From assembly GCF_964355755.1 (NCBI RefSeq), contig NC_092676.1, positions 13,782,871 through 13,846,870 of the forward strand: 64,000 bases of DNA, read 5' to 3'. Below, piece after piece: positions 28,334-41,267 of the stretch. Source of the DNA: Antedon mediterranea. Taxonomy: Eukaryota > Animalia > Echinodermata. The translations under genes and the position numbers were made by a program. The notes beneath the pieces are model-generated. The model was not told where the DNA came from. It did not search any database and saw only the letters and a list, made by a program, of their open reading frames with translations. How positions within the stretch are numbered: the first letter of the stretch is position 1; every line of letters starts with the position of its first letter.

Positions 28334-29508
28334 TAGAGTAATAGAGTACAATAATGTAGACATAAGAATTAGCCAATTTGCAGATGACACTGTGTTTTTT
28401 CTCAAAGACCAAAACTCAATTAAACCGATTATAGATATACTGGATGAATTTTCTATATATTCTGGACTCAGAATTAATTATGAAAAAAGTAACATTACGA
28501 GAATAGGATCGTTAAGAAACTGCGACTATAAAACGCCATCTGAGAAAAGTATTTCATGGACCAAAGGCCCAGTAAAATACTTGGGTGTTAATATTTCTTG
28601 TAATTTTAATGATATTTTCAGACTCAATTTTCCAGATAAGGCTAAAAATGCTGAACAAGTATTAAATATGTGGAAACAACGCTCACTTACTTTGTTTGGA
28701 AAAGCAACTATTATTAAGTCACTGTTTCTCCCGATATTCACGTATGTTTTCTCAAATTTACCAGACCCACCCGATTGTTTCCTTCAAGATATTCAAAGTA
28801 AAATTTTTAAATTTATATGGAACGGAAAACCCGATAAAGTCAAAAGAAAAGTCATGCTTAACAATTTTGACGAAGGAGGGTTAAAAATTTGACAACAAAC
28901 TTAATTGGAAAAACCTTTTCTCAAATTTACACGCCTGTACAAATGACACTAAGCTAAAAAATGTTCAATTTAAATTTATTCATCGTATAATTTATACAAA
29001 TACAATGCTCTTTAAGATGTCAAAGGTCGATTCACCAATGTGTAGTTTTTGCAAGGAAAAGCAGGAAACACTGCTACATATGTTCTTTGAATGTGATCTG
29101 GTAAAGAAAATTTGGGAAAATGTAAAACAATATATGTATCGAAATATCAACAATAACTTAATTATCACCAAAGAAAGTATATGTTTTGGTTTTGGAAAAA
29201 CACACAGTGATGCAAACATTTTAATTTTAATTACAAAGTGGTACATATTTAGTTGCAAAATCAAAAAACAATTACTTAATTATAATCATTTATTTCATAT
29301 TTACCAAAAATACAAGGCAACCATATTATTAGCAAAATGATTATTAAGTGTATTTTTGCGATACATTATTTTGTTTTCTTTAATTTCATTACTCTCTTAT
29401 TTTTGAGAGAGTATTATTTCGTTGTAATAGTTACGTTGCCTTTATATATTAATTTTGTATTATGTATGTGATGAAATGAAATAAAAAAACAAAACAAAAA
29501 ACAAAACA
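28334..29508 (+). mobile_element. 5'-truncated, internally deleted L1/Tx1-clade retrotransposon
   Basis: QFADDT, SGLRINYEKS, KYLGV, SLTLFGK, FIWNGK, GGLKI, then CSFC...ETLLHMFFEC zinc knuckle; A/AAAAC tail; 49-bp direct repeats on both sides. Confidence 0.9.
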
Positions 29509-29560
29509 AAACATCATATTCTTACTCGTCTTCAAGGAACAACTTCAACTCCAGTTAATA

Positions 29561-32500
29561 ATGGCTCTACAATCACTCCTTCTCATAAACACAGCAAATG
29601 GAGATGATAGAAACGCTTGCTTCTGCAACAGCATAATTCAAGTTCTACGAAGAACTTACTCAATTAGAAACCATATTGTGCAAGCTATGACTAGTCATTC
29701 TCTCAAATGTGAATTGAAAGATATTTTTCTTGCTCAAGGAACTTCAGAAATAAAAAGTGCTGCTAAAATTCGGAAATTGATTGGTGGGGACTTTGCAGTA
29801 GGCACACAGCAAGATGCCAAGGAATTCATGGATACTCTCATTCAACGGTGTTATCCCTCACACCAAAATCCCTTCAGATTCACTATGAAAAATCAGTTTC
29901 ATGCACTAAGAACTTCTCACTGTTCTTCTTGTGTTCAAGACCCAATAAGTGACAGATCGTTTTCTCTTCATCTGCCTCTTGAGAATGAAAAAGAAACAAC
30001 ACCAGTAAGACTCCAAGAAATGATAAATCGCTATTTCAGTCCAAGCACTGTAAATAAGCGCTGCAGTAAATGTTCAAATCCATCTGAACAGAACTTTACT
30101 GTTCATAAACAGTTCACAGAGTCTGGACCATACTTGTGCATTCAACTTTTAAGGTTCAACAATGCTCTTAAAAAAATGAATCATTTTGTAAAGGGTTCAT
30201 TTGAAATCGCCGTACAGAATGTTAATTACAAACTAATAGCTGTCATCAATCACCAAGGACTATTCCATAGTGGACACTACTATTCTTTGCTGGAGTGTGC
30301 TGGAGGATGGTATAAATGTGAGGATGCCAAGTTTCCTGAGAGAATAGCAGAAAATTCAGTTTTCTCTGTTCTCAATTATGTTTACATTTTTGAGAAAGTT
30401 TCTGAACTCGGAGCAATCCAAAATCGATCATCAAACACTACAACACAACACTCTACTATTTTTATTAAAACTGCTTCAATTGTTGATGCTCCTGAAAAGA
30501 GCTCAAATACACAACTTTGTTCTGGTCCAAGTAACACACACAACAAAGTTAAGACTACAATTAATGTTTTGTCAGAAGACTCTGATGAGGAGGATTTCAT
30601 TTTCATTACTCATCCTCCTAAAAAAAATCAACATTCTTTTTCCAATTTACCAAAAGATATTAGTAGTTGGTTCAATGATGGAAAAACTGAGCCAGACAGC
30701 ATTTCAAATGTTTCAAGTGAAGTTATACAAAAAGCATCTGATGCCAAATCTTCAAAAAAAATATCCACCTTAATATCTGATAACAAGTCTAAAAATTATA
30801 TTGGTCAATATACAGATGACTTTGAAACAAGAATCTACAGTCACAATGTGAAAAGCTGCTTCATTCAACTGGGCTCAAGAGTTGATGAACAGACAAAACT
30901 TTCATCTTCCACAGAAACAATCAGCATTTCGTCTGAAAACTCAGAACAAAATTCATCAGCTACAAACTCTTCTGAATCCAAACTCCAAAAACAGCCAAGG
31001 AATGGCTTGGGTGCATATACTGATATTCATGGAACAAGAATCTTTATGAAGGCCTGCTCTGTGAACCTAGGACAAAGAATTCAAAGTGATGACTTATCTA
31101 ACAAACTCACAACCAAAGAAAATTTGGAAAAGTGCATTGGCTGCAACAGAGCATTTAAAAGAATCATTAGACATTTGCAACAAAAATCCACATGCAGAAA
31201 CCATTATGATCTTGAGAAATTGAAAAGTGAATCAATGTCAAGGAGAAAAAAAAAAGTACAAATAAATAAGAAAAACTATCGTGAAGCAAAAAGACATGAA
31301 AATGAAAGTCTGTACAAACAGAAATCTGCAGCAGTAAAACAAAACCAAAGAGAATCAGAGAGGCAAAAAAATGAACAATCCTTTCGGCAAAAAAGATCAA
31401 AGGAAAAGCAAAGTGAAAGAGTTTCAAAGAGTCAGAAGAATGAAACTTTGTTTAAACAGAAACTAGCAGAAGAAAAACATAAGCAAAGAGAATCTGAGAG
31501 ACAGAAGAATGAAACGTTGTTTAAACAGAAACTAGCAGAAGAAAAACATAAGCAAAGAGAATCTGAGAGACAGAAGAATGAAACTTTGTTTAAACAGAAA
31601 CTAGCAGAAGAAAAACATAAGCAAAGAGAATCTGAGAGACAGAAGAATGAAACGTTGTTTAAACAGAAACTAGCAGAAGAAAAACATAAGCAAAGAGAAT
31701 CTGAGAGACAGAAAAATAAAACAGCTTTTAAGCAAAAAAAGGCAGAAGAAAAGCAAAGTGAAAGAGTTTCAAAGAGTCAGAAGAATGAAACTTTGTTTAA
31801 ACAGAAACTAGCAGAAGAAAAACATACGCAAAGAGAATCTGAGAGACAGAAGAATGAAACTCTGTTTAAACAGAAACTAGCAGAAGAAAAACATAAGCAA
31901 AGAGAATCTGAGAGACAGAAAAATAAAACAGCTTTTAAGCAAAAAAGGGCAGAAGAAAAGCAAAGTGAAAGAGTTTCAAAGAGTCAGAAGAATGAAACTC
32001 TGTTTAAACAGAAACTAGCAGAAGAAAAACACAAGCAAAGAGAATCTGAGAGACAGAAGAATGAAACTATGTTTAAACAAAAACTAGCAGAAGAAAAACA
32101 CAAGCAAAGAGAATCTGAGAGACAGAAGAATGAAACTCTGTTTAAACAAAAACTAGCAGAAGAAAAACATAAGCAAAGAGAATCTGAGAGACAAAAAAAT
32201 AATACGGCTTTTAAGCAAAAAAGGGCAGAAGAAAAGCAAAGTGAAAGAGATTGTAAAAGACAAAAAAATGAAACAGCTTTTAAGCAAAAAAGGGCAGAAG
32301 AAAAGCAAAATGAAAGAGAGACAGAGAGACAAAAGGATGAACAGTCATTCAAGTTGAAACGTGGAGATGAAAAACAAAAAGGTAGACTGAAAGGTGCTGA
32401 TTCAGCATTCAAACGGAAACAAGCATTTCTTGAATCAATTCGAGATGGTAGGACATACATATGCATTTCATGTCACCGCAAGTTATACAAGAATGGTGTT

Positions 32501-32977
32501 CATGCCTTAAGAAGTGATTGGGAATCTGAGCTAGAAGACCATCATCCCGGATATAAAGAGAAATGCCTTGGACCAATAATAAGAAAGAAAATGCCCCGTC
32601 CTCACAAACCTAACTCTCCTGATGATCAAAGTTCTGACTTTATTTGTTTCACTTGCCATACATATATGATAAAAGGCAAAATGGCTCCGATGTCCAATCA
32701 AAACAATTTACAATTAGTAGACATCAGCAATCATCCCGAGTTGAAATTAAAAGATTTGGAAAACCAGCTGCTTGCTCGGAACCTAATCTTTCAAAAGATA
32801 AAACTTTTGCCAAAAAGTAGGTGGAATGCAATGATTGACAAAACTGTCAATGTGCCTATACCAGAAGAGGAAATAAGCGACACAATTGAACACCTCCCTC
32901 GAACTCCAAAAGAGGCTCATGTTATACCAGTGCAGCTGAAAAGAAAAAAGAGCATGAAAAACACAGGAATATGTTAA
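29561..32977 (+). CDS. Helentron polyprotein N-terminal part: USP/peptidase C19-like domain + 23-aa charged repeat + Zn-finger pre-Rep region
   Basis: Cys box NACFCNSIIQVL, QQDAKEF, two CxxC pairs, IQLLRF, His box HQG...SGHYY, WYKCED. Later CISCHR...CFTC and NVP...LPR...VQLKRK motifs of the pre-Rep region. The ORF ends by frameshift. Confidence 0.8.
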   Translation: MALQSLLLINTANGDDRNACFCNSIIQVLRRTYSIRNHIVQAMTSHSLKCELKDIFLAQGTSEIKSAAKIRKLIGGDFAVGTQQDAKEFMDTLIQRCYPSHQNPFRFTMKNQFHALRTSHCSSCVQDPISDRSFSLHLPLENEKETTPVRLQEMINRYFSPSTVNKRCSKCSNPSEQNFTVHKQFTESGPYLCIQLLRFNNALKKMNHFVKGSFEIAVQNVNYKLIAVINHQGLFHSGHYYSLLECAGGWYKCEDAKFPERIAENSVFSVLNYVYIFEKVSELGAIQNRSSNTTTQHSTIFIKTASIVDAPEKSSNTQLCSGPSNTHNKVKTTINVLSEDSDEEDFIFITHPPKKNQHSFSNLPKDISSWFNDGKTEPDSISNVSSEVIQKASDAKSSKKISTLISDNKSKNYIGQYTDDFETRIYSHNVKSCFIQLGSRVDEQTKLSSSTETISISSENSEQNSSATNSSESKLQKQPRNGLGAYTDIHGTRIFMKACSVNLGQRIQSDDLSNKLTTKENLEKCIGCNRAFKRIIRHLQQKSTCRNHYDLEKLKSESMSRRKKKVQINKKNYREAKRHENESLYKQKSAAVKQNQRESERQKNEQSFRQKRSKEKQSERVSKSQKNETLFKQKLAEEKHKQRESERQKNETLFKQKLAEEKHKQRESERQKNETLFKQKLAEEKHKQRESERQKNETLFKQKLAEEKHKQRESERQKNKTAFKQKKAEEKQSERVSKSQKNETLFKQKLAEEKHTQRESERQKNETLFKQKLAEEKHKQRESERQKNKTAFKQKRAEEKQSERVSKSQKNETLFKQKLAEEKHKQRESERQKNETMFKQKLAEEKHKQRESERQKNETLFKQKLAEEKHKQRESERQKNNTAFKQKRAEEKQSERDCKRQKNETAFKQKRAEEKQNERETERQKDEQSFKLKRGDEKQKGRLKGADSAFKRKQAFLESIRDGRTYICISCHRKLYKNGVHALRSDWESELEDHHPGYKEKCLGPIIRKKMPRPHKPNSPDDQSSDFICFTCHTYMIKGKMAPMSNQNNLQLVDISNHPELKLKDLENQLLARNLIFQKIKLLPKSRWNAMIDKTVNVPIPEEEISDTIEHLPRTPKEAHVIPVQLKRKKSMKNTGIC
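31290..32380 (+). repeat. 69-bp coding tandem repeat (QKNETLFKQKLAEEKHKQRESER), ~15-16 units
   Basis: Directly visible in DNA and protein. Confidence 0.95.
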
Positions 32978-33008
32978 CTGTGAAAAAATCATTAAATGCA
33001 ATGAAAGA

Positions 33009-35057
33009 ATGAAAAGCATGGGAAATCGTTTCTATCAGGATGTAAATGCAAATCTTGAAGAATACACAAAGAAATGTCATGAGGCAGATGATGAGAACTT
33101 TCTCTTCTCATCAGTAAGTAAAAAAGATGCCAGTAAAGAAAATCTTCATGCAGAAGAGGCTTTCAGTGATATGGATTCATTTGAAAAAGAATTGTTTGAG
33201 CCTAAGTGTGACAATCAAGATGACAGTGACCAGAACCCTAGTGGAGGCTATGAGAAAGTGTCAGATGGCCAAGATGAACAAGAAAATAAAGAAGAAAAAA
33301 AATTCATTGAAAAAGACTCCATCAGGAAGCACCAATTCAATTATAACTCCAGCAGTTGCTTTGGGGAAAATATGCCAGAAATCAGCGCTAAAAATAAAGT
33401 TGATGATTACAAACCTCTTGTCTTAGCTCCAGGAGAGGGAAAAATTCCTACAGATTTTCCTGAAAACTGGGAAGCTTTATCATTTCCAACTCATTTTCCT
33501 AATGGGAGAAATGATAAAGATGAGGAAAGACAAGTTAAGCTCAGAGATCCATTTTACTTCACTCAAAGGGCAATGAATTATGACCCCAGATTTGCAAATG
33601 ATCCAGCTTATATCTTTGCAGCTAATGCCTATACTGAAAAGAAACAAATCAACAACAATATCAGTTTGGCCTTTCAAAGAGGAAACAAGAGACTCTCTAG
33701 TAGTGGTCAATTAACCTACACATTAGATGATCCACACATGGTTCTTGATGGAATAAAAAACACTCCCAAATACTGGCAAAAGGCAAGATATGAGCTGAAC
33801 GCAAAAGTTGAAAATCTTGGACCTTTTGACATGTTCTTTACATTGTCTTGTGCTGATATAAGGTGGCCTGAAAACTTTACATCCATATTAGATGGTCACA
33901 ACTTAATCTATGAAAACACACATGGTGAGGAACCGTTGATGGACAATTGACCACTAAAACTACAGAATTGAATTCCAGTTCAGAGGAGCTCCACATACAC
34001 ATGGAGTTTTATGGGTGGACTGGAACAAAGTAACCCAGATTCCAAAACAGCATGTTGAAAATTTCAAACAAGCCAAAACACTGATAAGATCCAACAGTGA
34101 ACTGTCTGATCAACACAAAGATTCTATGGCAATGATAGCGGATCATGCTATATCTGTGTCACTGAGAGATTCCTCTGTGTCTGAAATAGTGAAAGAAGTG
34201 CAAGTTCATCACCATACTAACAAAGCCTGCCGAAAGTATGGAACAACTTGCAGATTCAACTTTCCTAAGTTTCCAACAAGAAAAACTTTGATAAGTTCAC
34301 CCTCTAATTATGCTTTTAACAGTGAAGAAGAGAAAAACTCAAAAATGACAAGGTACAAAACAGTCTTAGATGCCGTAAAAGAGATCCTAGAGGATGATGA
34401 TAAGATGAAAAAAGTGTGTTCACACAAACAGAAAGAACTGCAAACACTTGTTAATCTTGACAAAGACAAATGGAGAATAAGCCAGATTATTCAAAATGCA
34501 GAATATAACAACAACAAACACTGTTCTGTTCCAGCTAATTTACATCATCATTTTCAATGAAAAATCAAGGAAAATGGCATGGCAGATGTTATTCAAATCA
34601 AAGCTGTACATGATGCAATGGCAAACAACAAAATTAAAATTGATGAGCTGTTAGAAAAGAGAATTGAATTCATGGTAACTTTTCAATTGAAAAGTTTTCT
34701 GATGTATGCTCCAAATTGGAGGAATATGAAAATGCTTTATCTGTCAACAATCGTGGATACATGCCTTTCTATAAAAGAGATGTTGCTGAAATAATGGTCA
34801 ACAGCTACAATGCTGAATGGATATCTACATGGAATGGAAACATGGACATTCAGTTGTGCCTTGACTTTTATGCTATCATTACATACATAAGTGACTACTA
34901 TTCCAATGATGACTCTGGAACCATGGATATGCTCATTAATGCTCTAAAAGATGCATAAAATGAGGATTTAAGGACCAAATTGAAAACGGTTGCTTCAGTG
35001 TTTCTTACACACAGACAAATGGGGGAAAGTGAAGCTTACTAAAGACTTCTCCCACAC
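33009..35057 (+). pseudogene. Helentron HUH Rep domain, broken
   Basis: FPTHFPNG, FFTLSCAD (motif 1), YRIEFQFRGAPHIHGVLW (motif 2, 33961-34017), CRKY...CRFNFP, WNGNMDIQ, YAIITYISDY (motif 3). Several stops and frameshifts. Confidence 0.9.
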
Positions 35058-37372
35058 ATGCATCTGAAGGACTCAAATATTGAGGCAGTTTTTGCCCCTA
35101 CTGGATTTAATCCTAGTAATTTTCTGAAAAGAATTGATGATGATGCTCAAGTTGATGGTAAAAATCTCATTGAAGTAGAAGGTCGTGAAGGAAAATATCA
35201 AGAAAAGGCTTCAATGTATGAAAAGTATCTAAGAAGAGATTGTAATTTGCAACCTGAGATTAAAGACCTATGCTATGCTCAATTTGTTAAGCGATACAAG
35301 TCCTTCAACTACAAGCAATTGGAGTCCTCAAAGATGTATGACATAAATGAAAATTTAATCATAAACAACATCATCGTCACTGAAAGAATAGAAGAGAATG
35401 AGAAAGTCAATAATCTTCCTATATACATCAGGATCAAAAACACTCAACATGATGAGCCATCTTTTGTCAAGTTAAGAAGAGAGCTTGTCCTTCGTTGTCA
35501 CAAATTCAAGAAAAGCAAAAACCTCCATGAACATCTTGTCTCTGAACTTCAGTTATTCCATCCACATACAAACAATCCCATGGATGGTCCAAGCTACACT
35601 CTTGAACAAGAAAAAGAAGACCTAAATGCCTGTCAAAAAACATTTAGTCAATCAGAATTTTACAAGGTGAAAAAAATGTTAATGCCGTACTTAGAAAATG
35701 TTGAAAAGGGTATGGAATCAGCGCAAGAAATGAGGAAGGACATTGGGGATGTCCTTGATCCCCAAAATGAGCAAGATAAAGCTGAATGTGAGGAAATTGG
35801 ACTTGAAGATAATCCTGAGTATGCAGCAAAGGATTTTGAAGGCCTTTTTGAAACTGAGGACCCCACTCCATCAACTGGATTATTCAAGAGAGTTACACCA
35901 AGCTCAGATAACACTCTCTTTCCACTCATTCGACAAATGGATGATGCACAAAGACTAGTGGTTAATAAAGTAATGCAATACATCAAAGAAACAATTATCT
36001 CCAGAAAAGAACCAGCAACAATCTCTGTTCCAAGGTTTATAATCCAAGGTGGAGCTGGTGCTGGAAAAAGCTCCGTCATTCATGTGGTAGTGCAGTTAAT
36101 GGAGAAACTCTTAAGACAATCTGGAGATAATACTGACAATCCTTATGTTCTTCCACTCTCATTTACTGGAACAGCGGCAGCAAACATTGATGGAATGACA
36201 CTGTATAGTGCCTTCAATTTCCCATTCAACAATCAGTTTTTATCTTTACCAGACAAATTACGAGACAAAAAGAGAGATAAGCTGAAACTTCTGAAAATGA
36301 TCAACATTGATGAATTCAGTATGTTGAAGGCCGACATGCTCTACCAAATTGACCTTCGTCTACGCGAATTGATGGAAGCTTCAAAAGAGGCTTTTGGAGG
36401 TTGTGCAGTCCTATTGTTTGGTGATATTCTGCAGTTGAAGCCTGTAATGGGAAAATATGTGTTTGATTTGCCTATATCATCAGACTACCACGCCTCTTTC
36501 TACATAGAATCACTATGGAATACCTTCAGAGTCATTCATCTGTTAACTAATCACAGGCAAGGTGAAGATCATGTCTATGCTGATCTGTTAAACAGAGTAA
36601 GGACTGGAAGTCAGAATGAAAATGATATCACCGTACTGCAAGAAAGGGTAAGACCTTTAAACCACCCTGACATTCCAAAAGATGCCCTTTTTGTAACATG
36701 TACAAACAAAGATGTAAATATTATAAACAACACCAAATTGGAAGAAGTGCAAGAGCAGTAAATAGATATTCCTGCACAAATCTGCAGTACGGCTCAAAAA
36801 GAACCAAAATTCAAAACATCCAATGATGGTTCTATTTTCAACACTCCCCTTCAAAGGCATCTACAACTCAAAAAAGGGGCAAAGGTTATGTTGACATACA
36901 ATGTCGATGTAATTGATTGTTTAACAAATGGAGCAATGGGGGAAGTTGTTAGTTTTATTTTTGACCAGAAAGGCAGAGTCAAAACAATTCTAGTTCATTT
37001 CAACGATGAAAAAGTTGGAAAAGAAAGACGCCTCAAATATGGTAGTTTGCAACAACAGTATCCTGGTATTCATGTTACCCCTATTGAGAAAATCGAGTTT
37101 AAATTTTGTTTATCAAAAAAACAAAGTGGTAATCAGATGTTAGCTGCTGTACAGTTTCCCCTCAAACTTTCCTTTGCCTGCACTGCTCATAAGATGCAAG
37201 GAGCAACCGTGGCCAAGCCTAACTCTCTTATCCTTGATTTAAGAGGTGTTAGAGAGCCAGCCCAAGCTTATGTCATGCTTAGTCGGGTACAGGCAATTAG
37301 TCAACTGTATATAATTGAAAAAATTCCATCTGATAAACTATATCCATCTAAATTAGCAATGACAGAGCTTAA
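35058..37372 (+). pseudogene. Helentron Pif1-family SF1B helicase, broken
   Basis: GGAGAGKS, FTGTAAANIDG, IDEFSM, FGDILQLKPV, NHRQ, LTNGAMG, QFPLKLSFACTAHKMQG, QAYVMLSRV; stop at 36761. Confidence 0.92.
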
Positions 37373-40300
37373 GAGCCATTGTCTGTAAAAATCAAAGATT
37401 TGGTGGCAGATGTAAAAAAATGGATTTCTCTCAAATTTTTACCATGAATAGACATTTCAATAAAAAGCATATCTACAACATTCATTTTAATTTTTAGCCT
37501 CCGTTGCCATGACAACGGTCAATTATCCAAATTTTGATGTTTTTGCCATTTTTCACAGATTTTCTATAGTGAAAAAGTACAAACTTGTATACTTATTTTA
37601 ACCAAAAATACTTACATTATACAGTTTTTGTTTATAGCAGTGTAAACAACATGTATTGAGTTCCATTTAATGTAGAAAAAAAATTAATTACAAAATGGAG
37701 TTTGGTTGATACCATTATTTTAAAAAGGGGTGTTTTTAAAAAATATTTTTTTTATAAAAGTATACCTCATAAACGTACCTATAACTTCCAAAGTGGTGTT
37801 TTTAAATCAATGAGGTTTTTTAATTTGATAGTCAATAGGTTTTTCAACAATAATCACGAAAAAAACACTGGGGTAAATTTCGTACATAGGTTTTGTGTTG
37901 CCAGGAATATACGAAAAATGCAAAAAATATAACAAAATATCAACAAACAAAACACATGAAACACAATTTAAATATGGCTAATCCAATAATAAAATGTATA
38001 TATGGCTTGTCATATTGCTACTAGAGTCATACAAATAGTTTAGATAAAATAGGAGAATGTGTTGCCAGGTTTATTTCAAATAATTGCCAGAAAAACAGTA
38101 TTTTGCATTGAAATATTTAGTTGATGGAAAATAATGTTAAACTTGGAAATAATTGAGTCAATGGTTTTTATAAATTTTTAAATCTATTTTGTGTAAAGAG
38201 ATACAGAAAGACCTCCCAAAAAATCTGACCTTGTAAATAGGTCATTTGAGGTCAAAAGGGGTCAGATTGCAAAACAGGACAGGTCCCCACTTTACTACAA
38301 CTATTAATGTTTTATCAAAATTTACAAGATAGTTCATAACAATTCTCAACAATTTTCATATTTTACCTATAGTGTTACCTTAGCAACCATTTCTATGTGT
38401 AACTAAGGAAAGTAATTTTTAAAAAACGTAAAAAATGGCGTTTTTATAAATACAAAGAATTGATTGCATTTGTACATGTTTCTCAATTTTACTTCTACTG
38501 CATTCCATTAATGACAAACTTGACCTTGTAAATTCATTCATTTTGAGGTCAACATTTTACCATAGTAACTGTTTCTATGCGAAAATTTAAAAAAAATAAG
38601 GGGTTTTTCATAAATAAAAAACATTTTTTCTACATAGTTTTACATTTCTACTTTTTGCCAAATTTACTGAATCCTAATAATCTCAGAAAGAAAGTCTTGA
38701 CGAATCTGAATAAAGGTTAAAAAAAATGACCTTTAGTGTTATCTTAAACCTGTTTACGTAACAAATGATATTTAAAAAAAAAATTAAATATGGAGTTTCA
38801 TGAAAAAATAAAAATTTTACATATTGAGGTCAAATGACATCAACATTTTACCTATAGTGTATTGTAGCAACTGTTTCTATACGTAACTAAGTACAATATT
38901 TTTAATATGGGGTTTCATGACTACAAACAATTGATTACATAGCTTTACTACCTTTTCCCAAATTTACTTATCTACTGAATCCCAGAAAATGTCTGACCTT
39001 GTGAAAGGGTCATTTTTTGGGTCAAGTTATGTCAAAATGAATTATTTATGTTATCTTAGAACCTGTTTCTATGCGTAACTAAGGATAATTGTTTTGTTAA
39101 ATACAGTTGAACCTCCCGTAAGTGGCCACCCTCGGGACCTGGAAAAGTGGCCGCTTACGGGTGGTGACCCCTTACGGGAGGTTCTGCCGATAAAAGGCCA
39201 AAATCACCTATTATGGCTATATACGATATTCTTAACGAAACGAGCCTCTCAATTTTCCAGCTAATTGTAGGCATATTATTATTTATAATCATGTGGTTTA
39301 GTAATTTTTAGCTTTTTTAGACAAATTTTAAAAACTTTTATCATATGAAAAATGGTCGGTCAAAATCTGTGTAGTTTTCTCATCTCTTCACAGTAATGTT
39401 TTTAAAACCTCTTCAAAATAAAGCTAATATATAAAGAAATACAATAAACATGCACCTCTAATTCATAGGTCCATGCAATAAGTATCACATTTTTCGATTG
39501 GCCGCTTACAAAAAATCTCATTTTTAGTATAAAAAGGTGCTCGCAGCTGCTTACGGTAAGCACCAAATGCACTAATTAGATAGGAAGAACAAACAGGCTT
39601 TTCAAAGTGCGTCCGTTAAGGGAGGTGGCCGCTGTAAATCAAATATGGGGTTTTCATGAATAAAAATAATCACAGAAGAAAGTGCTTACGAATATGACCT
39701 TGTGAAACGGTAATTTGAAAAATGCAAATAAGGCATGCCTGCTAATAATCTACAAATTTAAATTTGTATGAGATAAATATGCAAAATCTAAAGAATATCT
39801 CATTTTTAGTTACCATAGTAACTGTTGCTATGCATAACTAAGGGAAATTAAATAATTATCAGATAATTATTAATTAATAATTATTACTGAATCCAACCAT
39901 CACAGTAAATAAAATATAGAATTTAAAACCAATATTTAATAATAAAGTGTGATATTTTACATGCTGACCTTCAATGAAATGAAATTTCAAATCAGGGCTT
40001 CAATATTTGTTATGTAGCATTAACATACCTGAGTATATCATTGACTTTTGATTGGTTCTATTTTGGGGAGGGAAAAGTGGTGGATCCAGGACTTTTAAAT
40101 AGTTAGGTGGTTGAAGGCGATGGTCTAAAAACTTTACTTTATGTCCTATCTTTTGCATTGCAATTTTTAACTTGGGGTGGGTGGGGGCTTGGAGAAAAGG
40201 GGGAGGTGGTTGGATGGAGGAGTTTGAATCCGTCTATTCATTGGGGCGATAGTAGCGGCAGTGTGGGTGGTGCTTGAATGCATGCATTTGACACTCTATA

Positions 40301-41267
40301 GTGGATGATCGACCAAAGTGTTGCAGTTTATCTTGTTGTGGTTATAGTCGGGGTGGGGGTGGGGAGGGGTGGTAGTCAAAAGTGGTGGTGGATGGGCATA
40401 TGGGATCTGCTTAGGTTAGCAAATAAAAGAAGTAAACAAATGAAAGAGGAGCTTCAAAATAAGAGAGGAGTAATCTGTTGCAAAGATTAAAATTCACAAC
40501 GATCTGATAATTTATTCAAATTTCCAGAGGATATAACCTATAAAATGACATTAAAACTGGGAATTACAGAATCTATAATTAAAAATTAATTTTTTTTCTC
40601 ACAACACAACTAGAACTATATAAAACATTAAGAATTTTTCTGACCAAGTTTCAAATCAAATAATCAAAGAAAATAAAATGTTTTTACTAATATACCATGG
40701 TTTTTTTTATATAAAAATGCCTATGTTTCTCGCAACACTGCTTGTAGATTTTAAATTTACCCCAGTATTTTATTTTAGAAATCAATTATTAAACATTAGA
40801 ACTACCTATTTGTAATAAATCAGCTAAAAAAATACACCACTTTGGGCGTTATGGTGAAGTAAAGTTTAGTTGCATTGAACAATTTAAAAAAAGTGAAAAA
40901 CACCCCTTTTTAAATAAATGGTATCTCCCAAAGTATGAAATAAAAAAAATAAAAAAATTTGAAACAGGTACACAATGCATTGTTATTATGCATACACTAA
41001 TTATTTTTTATAATTAAATGAACAACACAAAAATATCGTTCATCAAAGTAGTGCCAATATCCATTTTAAAAAACCTTAAAAAAGGACAAAATTTGTCAAA
41101 AACACAAATTTGGCCGTTGCCATGGAAATATACGTTTGAAATAAAAAATACTTCATATTTGATTTCTCTCAACACATATATAGCCATGTACAAAATTTGA
41201 AAGAAATCCATTTTTATGAGTCTGCCACTTTTTTTGATATTTCTTTGATTCTTACAGACAATGGCTC
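37373..41267. mobile_element. TTAA-targeting non-autonomous TIR element (Kolobok-like)
   Basis: TIR GAGCCATTGTCTGTAA.AATCAAAGA, TTAA TSD (37369-72, 41268-71), ~500-bp imperfect inverted arms. Purine termini fit Kolobok better than piggyBac. Confidence 0.8.
39104..39634. mobile_element. pogo/Tigger-like MITE
   Basis: TA|CAGTTGAACCTCCCGTAAG ... CTG|TA with internal GTGGCCGCTTACGG repeats; right TIR partly deleted. Confidence 0.65.

Noticed and set aside
31984-32466. Cys/Ser/Phe-rich minus-strand ORF
   Set aside because: Antisense shadow of the 69-bp coding repeat.
29561-32977. Host USP gene
   Set aside because: Intronless, continuous with the pre-Rep region and enclosed by the Helentron termini.
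37373-41267. piggyBac call from the TTAA TSD
   Set aside because: Termini begin GAG rather than CC(Y), and no transposase is present; Kolobok-like preferred but unconfirmed.
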